From: a virus | DNA: 64,000 nucleotides | Virus record (IMG/VR): IMGVR_UViG_3300010430_000004 | Coordinates: 1 to 64,000 of that record | Strand: one strand, 5' to 3' | Part shown: in pieces, positions 38,633-47,101 of the stretch | How positions within the stretch are numbered: position 1 is the stretch's first letter | How the letters are laid out: each line of letters starts with the position of its first letter | Translations under genes and position numbers: made by a program | The notes under the pieces: generated by a model | Database searches by the model: none | What the model was told of the DNA's origin: nothing | Seen by the model: the letters and a program-made list of their open reading frames with translations, nothing else

Positions 38633-39084
38633 TGTGATTTCTCCTTTTTACGTTCATTATATTGTTTAAGTTCTTCAGCATTTGCTTCAATAAGCATAGC
38701 ACAATCTGCTTGGTCTTTGCCTATATAGTTGATTACCCTTGTTTGTGTATTTTTCCATTTTCCTTCTCCATTACACCAATCTCTCATTTGAAGAAAATAA
38801 AGCATAGAGTTGTAGTTCATGTTTAGTTCCACAGCCAAAGCAACATGATCAGGAGTGTTTCCTTTTTGACTAAGACCACTATCAAGAACAGCAAATACTT
38901 CTTGGTCTTCATACTTTCTCTTTTTATAGCTCTTAAGCTGCTCAATAAGACTCAATACATCTCCAAGGTCTTTGTTGGCTCTTTGTATTCTATCTTGCAT
39001 TGTTGGAATGTTAGCCAATGGCTTTAAACTGTCAACAAGGTCTTCAGCTTTCTCTAATTTCTTTTTCAAATAATTTGGTGTCAT
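38623..39084 (-). CDS. hypothetical protein
   Basis: RBS AAGGAG; follows an early promoter. Confidence 0.65.
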   Translation of the reverse strand: MTPNYLKKKLEKAEDLVDSLKPLANIPTMQDRIQRANKDLGDVLSLIEQLKSYKKRKYEDQEVFAVLDSGLSQKGNTPDHVALAVELNMNYNSMLYFLQMRDWCNGEGKWKNTQTRVINYIGKDQADCAMLIEANAEELKQYNERKKEKSQCA

Positions 39085-39105
39085 CAGTGCTCCTTAGTTA
39101 ACTCC

Positions 39106-39164
39106 AATATACCACGTTTTTGTAAAAAAAGCTACTATTTTTTTACAAACGTTTCATTTTGAGA
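39106..39164 (-). promoter_or_regulatory. sigma70-type early promoter + operator
   Basis: TAGCTT-17-TATATT; operator CGTTTCATTTTGAGA at 39150-64, inside the upstream CDS. Confidence 0.75.
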
Positions 39165-39455
39165 ATCTATAATTGTTTCAAGATCTTTACGATTAAGAGG
39201 GCCAATTCCAATTCTGTTTGGTCTACCAAGATCTACCCACAATTTAAAGTCTTCTATGCTTGGAGTGCTGTAAGGGCTCCAGTCCATTGACTCTTCTTTA
39301 AACACTGTACGCATATCAAGCCTATGACTAGTCTCAGTATCCCATTGAAGCATTTGCACCTTAACTATGTGAAATATTTTGATGTTATCGTCTTCATAGT
39401 CTTTTTCAGGCAAATACTGAACGCCTTTATAAGTAAATTGATCAAATAGTTTCAT
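39135..39455 (-). CDS. hypothetical protein
   Basis: GGAG RBS before ATG 39455. Confidence 0.6.
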   Translation of the reverse strand: MKLFDQFTYKGVQYLPEKDYEDDNIKIFHIVKVQMLQWDTETSHRLDMRTVFKEESMDWSPYSTPSIEDFKLWVDLGRPNRIGIGPLNRKDLETIIDSQNETFVKK

Positions 39456-39942
39456 GTTCAACTCCGCAACCAATTACTTGGTTTTCTTGGTTAAGATAAA
39501 CAGCTCTATTATCTATTAGACTATCCATATAATAATCAAGGTTTAATTCATAATAGGGATCGTAGCCAAAGGCATAACTATTCATTATACTAACTGGCTT
39601 TGTATTCTCTTTATTATTATTGTGTGCAAGGCCAAAGTGACAATGACCAAGCTCATGGAAAATTAATTGATGAATAGCATAATAGTTGTGTTTATTGTTT
39701 TCAAAAAATTCAATGTCTATTACCACTCTGTAGTCTTTGCCATAATAGCATCTGCCAATGACATTGCCATCGTTTATTTCTGCAAATTCAACGCTTACTC
39801 CTATAGAAGTGTTATAAACACTTTCAAATTCTTCAACATAGTCTTGAAGTTCATACTCAATGAACGGCTTTCCCATGGCTTTAAAAGATGCGTTGTCACA
39901 CCCCATGAAGCAAAAAGAAAGCAAGATAAGTAACAATTTCAT
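39442..39942 (-). CDS. lipoprotein zinc metallopeptidase
   Basis: Lipobox FMGC; LIFHELGHC.FGL.H ... P.SIM Met-turn. Confidence 0.8.
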   Translation of the reverse strand: MKLLLILLSFCFMGCDNASFKAMGKPFIEYELQDYVEEFESVYNTSIGVSVEFAEINDGNVIGRCYYGKDYRVVIDIEFFENNKHNYYAIHQLIFHELGHCHFGLAHNNNKENTKPVSIMNSYAFGYDPYYELNLDYYMDSLIDNRAVYLNQENQVIGCGVEHETI

Positions 39943-40295
39943 TAAACTGCCTTAAGAACGTTAAGGTGAGCTTCAGCAACAATAACACAATCTACTGGAC
40001 CAAGGCCAACTATAAACTTGATACCATTGTGCTCATAGCCATGCAAAGTGCCTTCACCATTATCATAGACAAGAGTCATTTCAGCTGTGTCAATATGGTC
40101 TCTAATAATCTCATATTCACTAAGGTCTTCACTAGTAACCATAGCTAACTTAGTTAGAGAGTCGCCTAAATAACCAATAGACTTGCTCCATTCCTGAAAT
40201 TGTTCATCTTCAAGTAAACAGCCATCTTCTTTTTCAAAAAGATAAGGTTCAACTTTTTCTGCTCTGATTCCCTCTAAAACTTTTTCGAAATTCAT
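39942..40295 (-). CDS. acidic hypothetical protein
   Basis: RBS AAGGAG; first gene after promoter. Confidence 0.65.
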   Translation of the reverse strand: MNFEKVLEGIRAEKVEPYLFEKEDGCLLEDEQFQEWSKSIGYLGDSLTKLAMVTSEDLSEYEIIRDHIDTAEMTLVYDNGEGTLHGYEHNGIKFIVGLGPVDCVIVAEAHLNVLKAV

Positions 40296-40316
40296 ACAAT
40301 CTCCTTGGTTAATTTT

Positions 40317-40377
40317 AGTATAACACGTTTTTGTAAAAAAAGCAAACTTTTTTGTAAAACTGTCTCATTTCGAGACG
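40317..40377 (-). promoter_or_regulatory. sigma70-type early promoter + operator
   Basis: TTGCTT-17-TATACT; operator TGTCTCATTTCGAGACG at 40361-77. Confidence 0.85.
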
Positions 40378-41412
40378 TTAGGCCGCATTTATCCAGCTTG
40401 GAGAGAAATCAATCAATTTATAAGTGCCATCAAGGTAAACAACATTTCTCTCGTGAACATCTTGATGATAAATACCTGTTGACTCTTCAAGTGTTTCTTT
40501 AAGCTCTTCCATTACGCTTTCTACTTCATATTCACATAAGTCAGCCTCTTCAACGGTAATGCCACAATGCTCCATAAAAATAACAGCCACCCAGCCATGT
40601 GAAGTTTTGATTGCATGAGCACCATAGCCATAAGGTGTAACACCGCTTGATTCAGCTTGTTTGATGATCTCAAACTCTCTCTTAGCGTCATTAAAAGCCT
40701 CAGTATCTCTAAGAGCTGTTGAGCTACTCTTGATGTTGGCTAGGTTGTGGTGACGAGTGCCATTGATAATTAACTTAGCTCCTACACCCATGTAATGGGT
40801 ATAAAGGCTATATGAACCAACACTGCAATCGTTGTCTTCATCAATACCATTTTCAATATAGTCGCCAAGCTTTTTGTCAAGAGCATCAATTAGTTGACGC
40901 TTTACGAAAGTTTTCAGTGCCTTTTTCTTTGGTGGAATTCCAGGCTTAGTAACTCCACTGCAATAAGAGATAGGTGCTCCATTGAACGGTACGTTTGGTA
41001 CATAGATAAAGTAAGAACCATCTTTGCTGACTACTTTATACATAGGTCTATAGTGTCCATAGTTTCCTGTATGATTGATGTCTTTGAGACCACACCAAAC
41101 AAAGTGGCTAAAGTTGGAGATAATAGCCCTGTGATCGTCAGTAAATGGGTTGTCTTTTTGTTTTCTAGGTTTACCGTTTAGTCTGAAAGCGTATTTGTTT
41201 AACCACTCAATGCCAAGCTTTGTTTGCTCAGGAGTGATGTCGATACCTTTCTTAAGCTGGTGCTTTATGAGCGTAATAAGTTCAAATCTATCAGAGTCGT
41301 GATTTCTCTCTTCTTCTCTTTTCATGCGACAAACCTGATCTATTTGAGTCTTTATGAAAAGGTTAGCTTTAAGGGCATCTCTGTATCTCTTGATAGTTTG
41401 CTTAGTCATCAT
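40378..41412 (-). CDS. protein with C-terminal Ser/Thr kinase-like domain (RIO/Bud32-like)
   Basis: VGAKLI (Lys), KREF (Glu), IFMEH, IYHQDVHERNV, KLIDFS. Confidence 0.8.
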   Translation of the reverse strand: MMTKQTIKRYRDALKANLFIKTQIDQVCRMKREEERNHDSDRFELITLIKHQLKKGIDITPEQTKLGIEWLNKYAFRLNGKPRKQKDNPFTDDHRAIISNFSHFVWCGLKDINHTGNYGHYRPMYKVVSKDGSYFIYVPNVPFNGAPISYCSGVTKPGIPPKKKALKTFVKRQLIDALDKKLGDYIENGIDEDNDCSVGSYSLYTHYMGVGAKLIINGTRHHNLANIKSSSTALRDTEAFNDAKREFEIIKQAESSGVTPYGYGAHAIKTSHGWVAVIFMEHCGITVEEADLCEYEVESVMEELKETLEESTGIYHQDVHERNVVYLDGTYKLIDFSPSWINAA

Positions 41413-41442
41413 TTCTCCTTGCTAGTTTAACTTACAAATTAC

Positions 41443-41524
41443 CTATCGGTGGCTTGTAAAAAAACTTATGCCTCAATTCGAGAAAAATGCAAATTTTTTG
41501 AAAAAACTTTCTCAAAATGAGACA
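41443..41524 (-). promoter_or_regulatory. sigma28/FliA-type promoter + two operators
   Basis: ATAAGTTT-N11-ACCGATAG; operators start at 41469 and 41508. Confidence 0.8.
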
Positions 41525-41530
41525 GGCTAT

Positions 41531-41719
41531 TCAATTAATAAGCTTTTCAAGCAAATCCTTGTTTTTGGCTATAGCACTACACATTACAGTGTTGCAAATG
41601 TTTGTATTTTCTACATTTCTGTCTATACGCTTGTTGGTTCGGTAAAGCCATAACAGGCAACTGATTATAAGTATACCATGTACAGCAACAAAAGCTATAA
41701 ATAAGTCTGTATGGTTCAT
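41531..41719 (-). CDS. small membrane protein
   Basis: N-terminal TM; RBS AAGGAG. Confidence 0.55.
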   Translation of the reverse strand: MNHTDLFIAFVAVHGILIISCLLWLYRTNKRIDRNVENTNICNTVMCSAIAKNKDLLEKLIN

Positions 41720-41922
41720 GTGTTCTCCTTTAGAAAATAAATCTCAATGTTACTTAAACAGTCTTGGTCTGCTAAATTCTTAACAGTTTCCAATACTTGC
41801 GTCTGTTCTTCAGTCAGTGTGTTGTTAACCCACAGTTTTCCAACAGCCTCAATAAAACCTTGGTTGCTAGAATTGTCTTCATAGATCTTCAATAAACGTT
41901 TGTTAAATATAGAGTTTTTCAT
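41716..41922 (-). CDS. hypothetical protein
   Basis: ATGA coupling in the early operon. Confidence 0.55.
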   Translation of the reverse strand: MKNSIFNKRLLKIYEDNSSNQGFIEAVGKLWVNNTLTEEQTQVLETVKNLADQDCLSNIEIYFLKENT

Positions 41923-42106
41923 CAGTGAGCCTTTACTGGTTCATAAACTTCATAGCTATCATAGCCACTTAGCGCGTTAAAAAAGTCAATTAGATCATCA
42001 CACGTCTCGAAATGATACGTGTTAACTTTTCCATTAGTCACGGTTGCTAGTGTCCAATAGATTGACGCTTCTTTTTCCATCTCTAGTAAGCTCTTCATAT
42101 ACTCTC

Positions 42107-42334
42107 CTATGCTACTTTCTTGTTAGTGTTCAATTTCTCGACAAAAATGTCAGCAACTGCTTGTTCACCATAAGTTGCTATCATATTGCTTAATTGTAGT
42201 CTAATAGCCTCTTTTGGATGAGCCATGAAATACTCAATGTTCAGGGCATGAGGTCTGGTAACAGTGTCATCAAACAGTTCTGCTTCAGCTTTCTTATCTA
42301 ATGCTTTGGTTTTATTCATCTTAATCGGTTTCAT
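42107..42334 (-). CDS. hypothetical protein
   Basis: RBS AAGGAG. Confidence 0.6.
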   Translation of the reverse strand: MKPIKMNKTKALDKKAEAELFDDTVTRPHALNIEYFMAHPKEAIRLQLSNMIATYGEQAVADIFVEKLNTNKKVA

Positions 42335-42343
42335 AAATTCTCC

Positions 42344-42661
42344 TTAGAAAATAAGCACATAGCCGTGCTGTGATAAGTTAGTGATATCTGTTAAGTTTTC
42401 CATGTGACTTTCAGCAATCGTTTTGAGTTCACATAAACCCAATCGTCCACAAGAAAGCTGATACTCGTTGTAATTGTCGTCTTCATCGTAAAAGCAGAAA
42501 GCGATAGTGCTCTCGTCTCCATTGTCTTTGTTATAAAGAGTGATACCTACCGAGAATTCTATACCACTCATGTCTGCTCCATCACAGGCCAAGTTGCAAT
42601 CAAGGGCATGGGTATTAAAAGGTTGGCTGCTCCATTCACTGTCCATTGTAGTTGCTGTCAT
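42344..42661 (-). CDS. acidic early protein
   Basis: RBS AAGGAG; first gene after a FliA-type promoter. Confidence 0.65.
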   Translation of the reverse strand: MTATTMDSEWSSQPFNTHALDCNLACDGADMSGIEFSVGITLYNKDNGDESTIAFCFYDEDDNYNEYQLSCGRLGLCELKTIAESHMENLTDITNLSQHGYVLIF

Positions 42662-42693
42662 TTTTCTCTCCTTTAGTTTTCCTTACAAATTAC

Positions 42694-42774
42694 TCATCGG
42701 TCAACTTTCAAAAAACTTATGCCTCAATTCGAGATTTTTCAAAAAAAGTTAAAAAACTTTCTCGTTTTGATACG
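42694..42774 (-). promoter_or_regulatory. sigma28/FliA-type promoter + two operators
   Basis: ATAAGTTT-N11-ACCGATGA; operators start at 42720 and 42758. Confidence 0.8.
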
Positions 42775-42776
42775 CT

Positions 42777-43304
42777 TTAGCTTGCTTCTTGCTCACTAGC
42801 TATCTGTTGGAGTTCGTCTAAGAGGCTATCCACGTCTAGGATGCTGACCCATCTGTCATAGCTCATGTTTAGGTAAAGCCAACCATCGTCACTGATATAG
42901 CCATCATCGACTTCTCGTTGTACCGTCTTCTTTTCGTCTTCAGTTAAGGCTTTAAAAGCGTCATGCAATTCGTCTTCTGGTTGGATTTCTACTTCACCCA
43001 AAGTCATGCCATAAACCTCATTGCTTTGATAGAAAACACCCTCACTAAAGCGCACAGTGCAATGCTTGTGAATGAGAGTAAGGGCTTCATCGTTTTCAAT
43101 ACCACACTTTTCTAAAAGCTTAGCGATATCATGGCTTTCCTCAGAATCAACGTTTTGTAGCGCCTCAATAACAGTGTCAATAGCCTCACCATAGCCATGG
43201 CTTTCTACAAAGTCAGCTGTACCGTTGTCTGGATTGTTTGTGTAGTACTCTGTACCCCATTCACACTCATTCATGTACTTTTCGATAATTTGCTTAACAG
43301 TCAT
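42777..43304 (-). CDS. very acidic early protein
   Basis: RBS AAGGAG before ATG 43304. Confidence 0.65.
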   Translation of the reverse strand: MTVKQIIEKYMNECEWGTEYYTNNPDNGTADFVESHGYGEAIDTVIEALQNVDSEESHDIAKLLEKCGIENDEALTLIHKHCTVRFSEGVFYQSNEVYGMTLGEVEIQPEDELHDAFKALTEDEKKTVQREVDDGYISDDGWLYLNMSYDRWVSILDVDSLLDELQQIASEQEAS

Positions 43305-43328
43305 ATACTCTCCTTTGGTCATATTTTC

Positions 43329-43408
43329 TTATCGGTGGGTCTACAAAAAACTTATGTCTCAATATGAGAATTTTGAAAAAAGTTAAAAAACTTTCTCAAA
43401 ATGAGTCA
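43329..43408 (-). promoter_or_regulatory. sigma28/FliA-type promoter + two operators
   Basis: ATAAGTTT-N11-ACCGATAA; operators start at 43355 and 43392. Confidence 0.82.
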
Positions 43409-43693
43409 GTCAATGTCAAGGTTGCGTTGTTCAATGTCATCATGGTAATCTCCAGCCATCAGCCACAACACCTTGATCTGTAAGTCAGCCTCATCCATGT
43501 CAGTTAGCTCATCCAGCGTCCACGCTCCAGTGTCTCTCAAATACTCTACCATCAACGGTCTCTCGGGAAAGTCCACCTTTTCAGAGTAGTCAACACAGTC
43601 TTGGTAACAATCACCTGCATGGTAACAAGCCTCTAATGCTTCAATGCTGATCTCCATTTCAAAGTAACTAGTCGTCATTATTATAGTTTCCAC
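43406..43693 (-). CDS. very acidic early protein
   Basis: RBS AGGAG; GAW..DEL motif. Confidence 0.65.
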   Translation of the reverse strand: METIIMTTSYFEMEISIEALEACYHAGDCYQDCVDYSEKVDFPERPLMVEYLRDTGAWTLDELTDMDEADLQIKVLWLMAGDYHDDIEQRNLDID

Positions 43694-43745
43694 AAATCTC
43701 TCCTATCTATTTAGTATTGCTCAAGAATCGCACGTTCTCTTGGTC

Positions 43746-43934
43746 TCACAGATGATTCTCAAAATCGCTAGTCACTAGGTTCAACATTTCTATCAAGGTT
43801 TCTGTGTCATAGATCACTCCACGATCAATGGCACGAATAATAGCAGCATTATCAGCTACCACTTTTTCTTCAGTGCTATGGCACACAATCAAATTGGCTA
43901 GTTGTCTGATTGCTTTTCTTAAAACGTTGTTCAT
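43746..43934 (-). CDS. hypothetical early protein
   Basis: TAATG coupling. Confidence 0.6.
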   Translation of the reverse strand: MNNVLRKAIRQLANLIVCHSTEEKVVADNAAIIRAIDRGVIYDTETLIEMLNLVTSDFENHL

Positions 43935-44215
43935 TATCCTTCTCCTAGCAGTTCAGCTACAGTGCTCATAAAGTCTACTGGAACTGTGATTTCGATACTG
44001 TCTATTTCACAAAAATCTAACTCAAGAAAGTCACCATTGTCACTCTCAACGTCACTAACCTCTACTACGTGTCCACCTATAGAGGTCATTGGGTATTTCA
44101 TGCCTTTAGACAAAGCAGTGGCATCTGGACAAAGATCTTCACTCCATAGATAGTCGATAACGTTTTCTATTCTATTCATTCCAATCTCTTCTAGTGTCAT
44201 TCTTAGTGTAATCAT
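43934..44215 (-). CDS. very acidic early protein
   Basis: First gene of the leftward block; RBS AAGGAG. Confidence 0.65.
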   Translation of the reverse strand: MITLRMTLEEIGMNRIENVIDYLWSEDLCPDATALSKGMKYPMTSIGGHVVEVSDVESDNGDFLELDFCEIDSIEITVPVDFMSTVAELLGEG

Positions 44216-44236
44216 CAGTGCTCCTTAGTTAATTTC

Positions 44237-44317
44237 TTATCGGTCAACTACTAAAAAACTTATGACTCATTTTGAGAAAGTTGCAAAAAATATAAAAAAC
44301 TTTCTCGAAATGAGTCG
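44237..44317 (-). promoter_or_regulatory. sigma28/FliA-type promoter + two operators
   Basis: ATAAGTTT-N11-ACCGATAA; operators start at 44263 and 44301. Confidence 0.82.
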
Positions 44318-44319
44318 TG

Positions 44320-45206
44320 ACTGATCGGGACAAGAATAGCGTCCTGATACGTCCTGATTAGGTCTATAGGGTATTACATAGCCACCTATATGCCTCTTAG
44401 AGGCAGACCTACGTGGCTAGAATAGGGGCATGAAACTATATGATTTTGCAACAGATTCGGGTATATACGCGCAGTTGCTGAGAGCTGTTAAGAGTGTGCT
44501 ACTATGGGGTTTGGAGCGCCCCATTGCGAACAGCCCCAACTGCCCAGAAAAACTGACAGTGGCCCATACAGGCAGACAGACAGCCAATCAAACAATGACC
44601 CTATCATACAGCCACCTAACAGACAGCCACCCAGTTAGCTATGGCAAAATGCTAGAAATTTGTATAATTTCGCGTATTTATAAAAATTTTGTGTGTGTTT
44701 TTTCCAGAAAAAGTTGCAGAGCTTGAGAAGCGTGAAAAATGTCGCCTAACTTATCGAAATCATTACAGATCTATTTTGTTTTGCCTATTTACGCGTAGGT
44801 TTTGCCCTAGAGGGAGCATGAGTTTTGTACGTGGCTCTGATAAAGTGGCTGATTGGAGTCGGCTAGTTGTGTCGCCTTTGTTGCCTGTCTGTTGTGGTCG
44901 TCTCTTTGTTGTGGCCTATAAGAAAAGCCTAGAGTCAAAGGCCCCTTGCTAGCTGTGGTAAGGGTTCAACCTTCTTTTCCATGCAGAGAAAAGGCCCCTG
45001 GGGGGTTGTCTGAGCTTTCCACCACTGACGAGGGACCCGTTGGATCCTTCTGACACAGTGGTTCGCCTCATGCAGTGTAACCATGAAAGTCCAGAAAAAT
45101 AGGTACCCCCTTACCATAGAAAACGGAAAAGGGTACCTCAAGGAATCCTGCAAAAAAGGAATCCTATACTGGAGTCCCGATACTAAAGTAGTGGACCATG
45201 GAGTCC
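44320..45206. other. non-coding divergence region (candidate genome terminus/packaging site or origin)
   Basis: GC-richer, no RBS-supported ORF, transcription diverges, hairpins and repeated short motifs. Confidence 0.55.
45178..45185 (+). promoter_or_regulatory. putative middle promoter (CGATACTA)
   Basis: Heads the rightward block; the motif recurs at 45587, 47091, 47600, 48121, 48746, 50695, 51426, 52526, 61041 (+) and 63203 (-). Confidence 0.65.
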
Positions 45207-45230
45207 CCAACCCTCTTAAAAGGAGAACAC

Positions 45231-45581
45231 ATGAAAGCCAGTATCGAAGGTACTATCAGAAATAATGGTAAAACTACCAGCCTAATATTCAAACTCTTAT
45301 CAATGGCAATGGCCAACCCTGGAACCCCTCAAAACATATTTACTGAAAGTGACGTTTATGCGAGAAATAAGGGAATGTTGAATCATGCTAAAAGAATCAT
45401 AAATACCCTAAACCTAGACATAGAAGTAGATCTAGTCAAAACCAACGATCCTGACGGTCGCCTAGCACTAGTCATGACTTCACGGTACTATGGCAAGTTC
45501 CAAGCAGAAAGTGGAATGTTCGATATCAAAGGTTACATGGAAGATGGCAAGCCTATTCTTGGCAAGTTTACCAAGTTCTAA
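45231..45581 (+). CDS. small protein with P-loop-like N-terminus
   Basis: RBS AAGGAG; GTIRNNGKTT. Confidence 0.6.
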   Translation: MKASIEGTIRNNGKTTSLIFKLLSMAMANPGTPQNIFTESDVYARNKGMLNHAKRIINTLNLDIEVDLVKTNDPDGRLALVMTSRYYGKFQAESGMFDIKGYMEDGKPILGKFTKF

Positions 45582-45600
45582 ATTCACGATACTAGTAAAC

Positions 45601-45767
45601 GCTGGGCAAACCATTTGTGCTCGACAGAGTATTGCTTTCGGCTAAATAGCGATAGATACGGAAAGCTCATAGAGGATAAGACCCTTGATTATTGAATAGT
45701 GTACTCTAATGGTCCCTTACGCATTATCTGTCTGTTCTGGATAGTGGTAATTACTGAGTAACCCAGC
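45601..45767 (+). ncRNA. unknown structured RNA / 5' leader
   Basis: Closing stem GCTGGG/CCCAGC; inner ACCATT/AATGGT, GAGTA/TACTC, CATTATC/GATAGTG; starts just after CGATACTA. Confidence 0.55.
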
Positions 45768-45785
45768 ACTTTTTTTGGAGAATAT

Positions 45786-45995
45786 ATGAGAACAAAAATA
45801 AAACATAAATTATTGTTAGAAGTTGAAATAGAGTGCCCTCTTGATAGTGATCACCCTGAACTTCATATAACAAAAGAAGAAGTTGCCGAATCATTGCTTG
45901 GTTCGGGTACTTATGCGGTTTGTGGAGACAATCCTAAAAAATATACAGCATTTATGTCTATCAAAAAAGTAACAGAAATAGATAAAGAATCATAA
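45786..45995 (+). CDS. hypothetical protein
   Basis: GGAG RBS. Confidence 0.6.
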   Translation: MRTKIKHKLLLEVEIECPLDSDHPELHITKEEVAESLLGSGTYAVCGDNPKKYTAFMSIKKVTEIDKES

Positions 45996-46207
45996 TGGCT
46001 ATTAGAAAGCTGTTTAATTGGATGAATCAATACTACGTTCCAGGCTGTAGTGGAAAATGGAGCCATGATTGTCCTGTATGTAAAAAGCCAGATATGATGG
46101 GCACTGCTAGTTGGGACTATGATAAAAAGGATTATTACATAACTGAACATTGCAAATGTGGATATGTTTACCGAGGCATGAGAAAAGACAAGGATGATAA
46201 TGAGTAA
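45995..46207 (+). CDS. small Zn-ribbon protein
   Basis: CPVC...CKCG; TAATG coupling. Confidence 0.6.
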   Translation: MAIRKLFNWMNQYYVPGCSGKWSHDCPVCKKPDMMGTASWDYDKKDYYITEHCKCGYVYRGMRKDKDDNE

Positions 46208-46433
46208 GCTTTCAGATATGATTAGAAAAGGTGAAAGATATGGCATTCAAGCCTGTAATCGTTGCGATTACCCTTCTCTGGTCAGAGCTAATACTTGTGC
46301 TGCTTGTGGATCATGGGATATTGAAGCCAACTTCTATGGAACTACTCAATACAAAAAGCATTTAGATGAAGATCCAATAGTGAGACAAAAAGCCAATGCC
46401 ATTAAATGGCTAAGAACTAGAACACTGAAATGA
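46194..46433 (+). CDS. small Zn-ribbon protein
   Basis: CNRC...CAAC. Confidence 0.6.
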   Translation: MIMSKLSDMIRKGERYGIQACNRCDYPSLVRANTCAACGSWDIEANFYGTTQYKKHLDEDPIVRQKANAIKWLRTRTLK

Positions 46434-46485
46434 ATATTCATGGGCGTGGAGTCCATGAAACAATTAAACAACCGTGGAGGTTAAT

Positions 46486-46911
46486 ATGCAAGCAGATGAC
46501 GCTATCAAGTTATCAAACAAAGCCAAAGAATTATACGATAAAATACTAGATCTATCACTTGTAGATTTTTTGAAAAGAATAGATAAAGATGTTTCGTCCA
46601 ATGCAAATAGGGGTTTTACTAGTTGTATGGTTGATTTGTCTTTTTTGATAAATAATACTAGTATTCTTTTTGAAGCTCTCCAGCCGCTAAACAACCCTAG
46701 CGAGCGAGATGCTATTATGAATAAACTCAAAAAGAGAGTAAAAGACAAATTACCTGTAGGGTGGAGTAGCGATTTTCTAATGACTCCTGGATTTAGGAAA
46801 TTAAAGAAAAACCTGGAACAACACTACAAAGAGTCTGGATTTCAAGTATCTAATGATTATAACAATCCACATACCAAATTTTTAATTAAGTGGCAGAAAC
46901 AGGAACCTTGA
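46486..46911 (+). CDS. hypothetical protein
   Basis: GGAGG RBS. Confidence 0.6.
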   Translation: MQADDAIKLSNKAKELYDKILDLSLVDFLKRIDKDVSSNANRGFTSCMVDLSFLINNTSILFEALQPLNNPSERDAIMNKLKKRVKDKLPVGWSSDFLMTPGFRKLKKNLEQHYKESGFQVSNDYNNPHTKFLIKWQKQEP

Positions 46912-46921
46912 TATTTATCTT

Positions 46922-47075
46922 TGTAGTTGGGAGCTAAGTATCAACGCACTCCAAACCATACATTTTGAATATGTAGCTACTGTGTGTTGGTCGTTGAGAA
47001 GACCAGTGACCCATCTAAACAAAAGTCTCTCATGTACGGTTTGGTCCGTTTAATGATCCGTTTCAACGCACAGGA
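46922..47075 (+). ncRNA. unknown structured RNA
   Basis: Intergenic; CTGTGTGTTG/CAACGCACAG, TACAT/ATGTA and GGAG/CTCC stems; follows TGATATTT. Confidence 0.45.
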
Positions 47076-47101
47076 CGCATGGTTATTTTATGATATTAAA
47101 G

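Noticed and set aside
41421-44320. Recurring ~90-bp intergenic repeats as a CRISPR array or MITEs
   Set aside because: They are separated by whole genes, imperfect, and fully explained as promoter plus operator cassettes
44430-45265. ORFs 44430-44726, 44689-44952, 44935-45210 and 45083-45265
   Set aside because: No phage-type RBS, atypical composition and mutual overlaps; likely chance ORFs in a GC-richer non-coding zone
45601-45625. GGGCAAACCATT resembling the c-di-GMP-I riboswitch 5' part
   Set aside because: The GNRA hairpin, GACGCAAAG segment and P3 receptor do not follow at the required spacing
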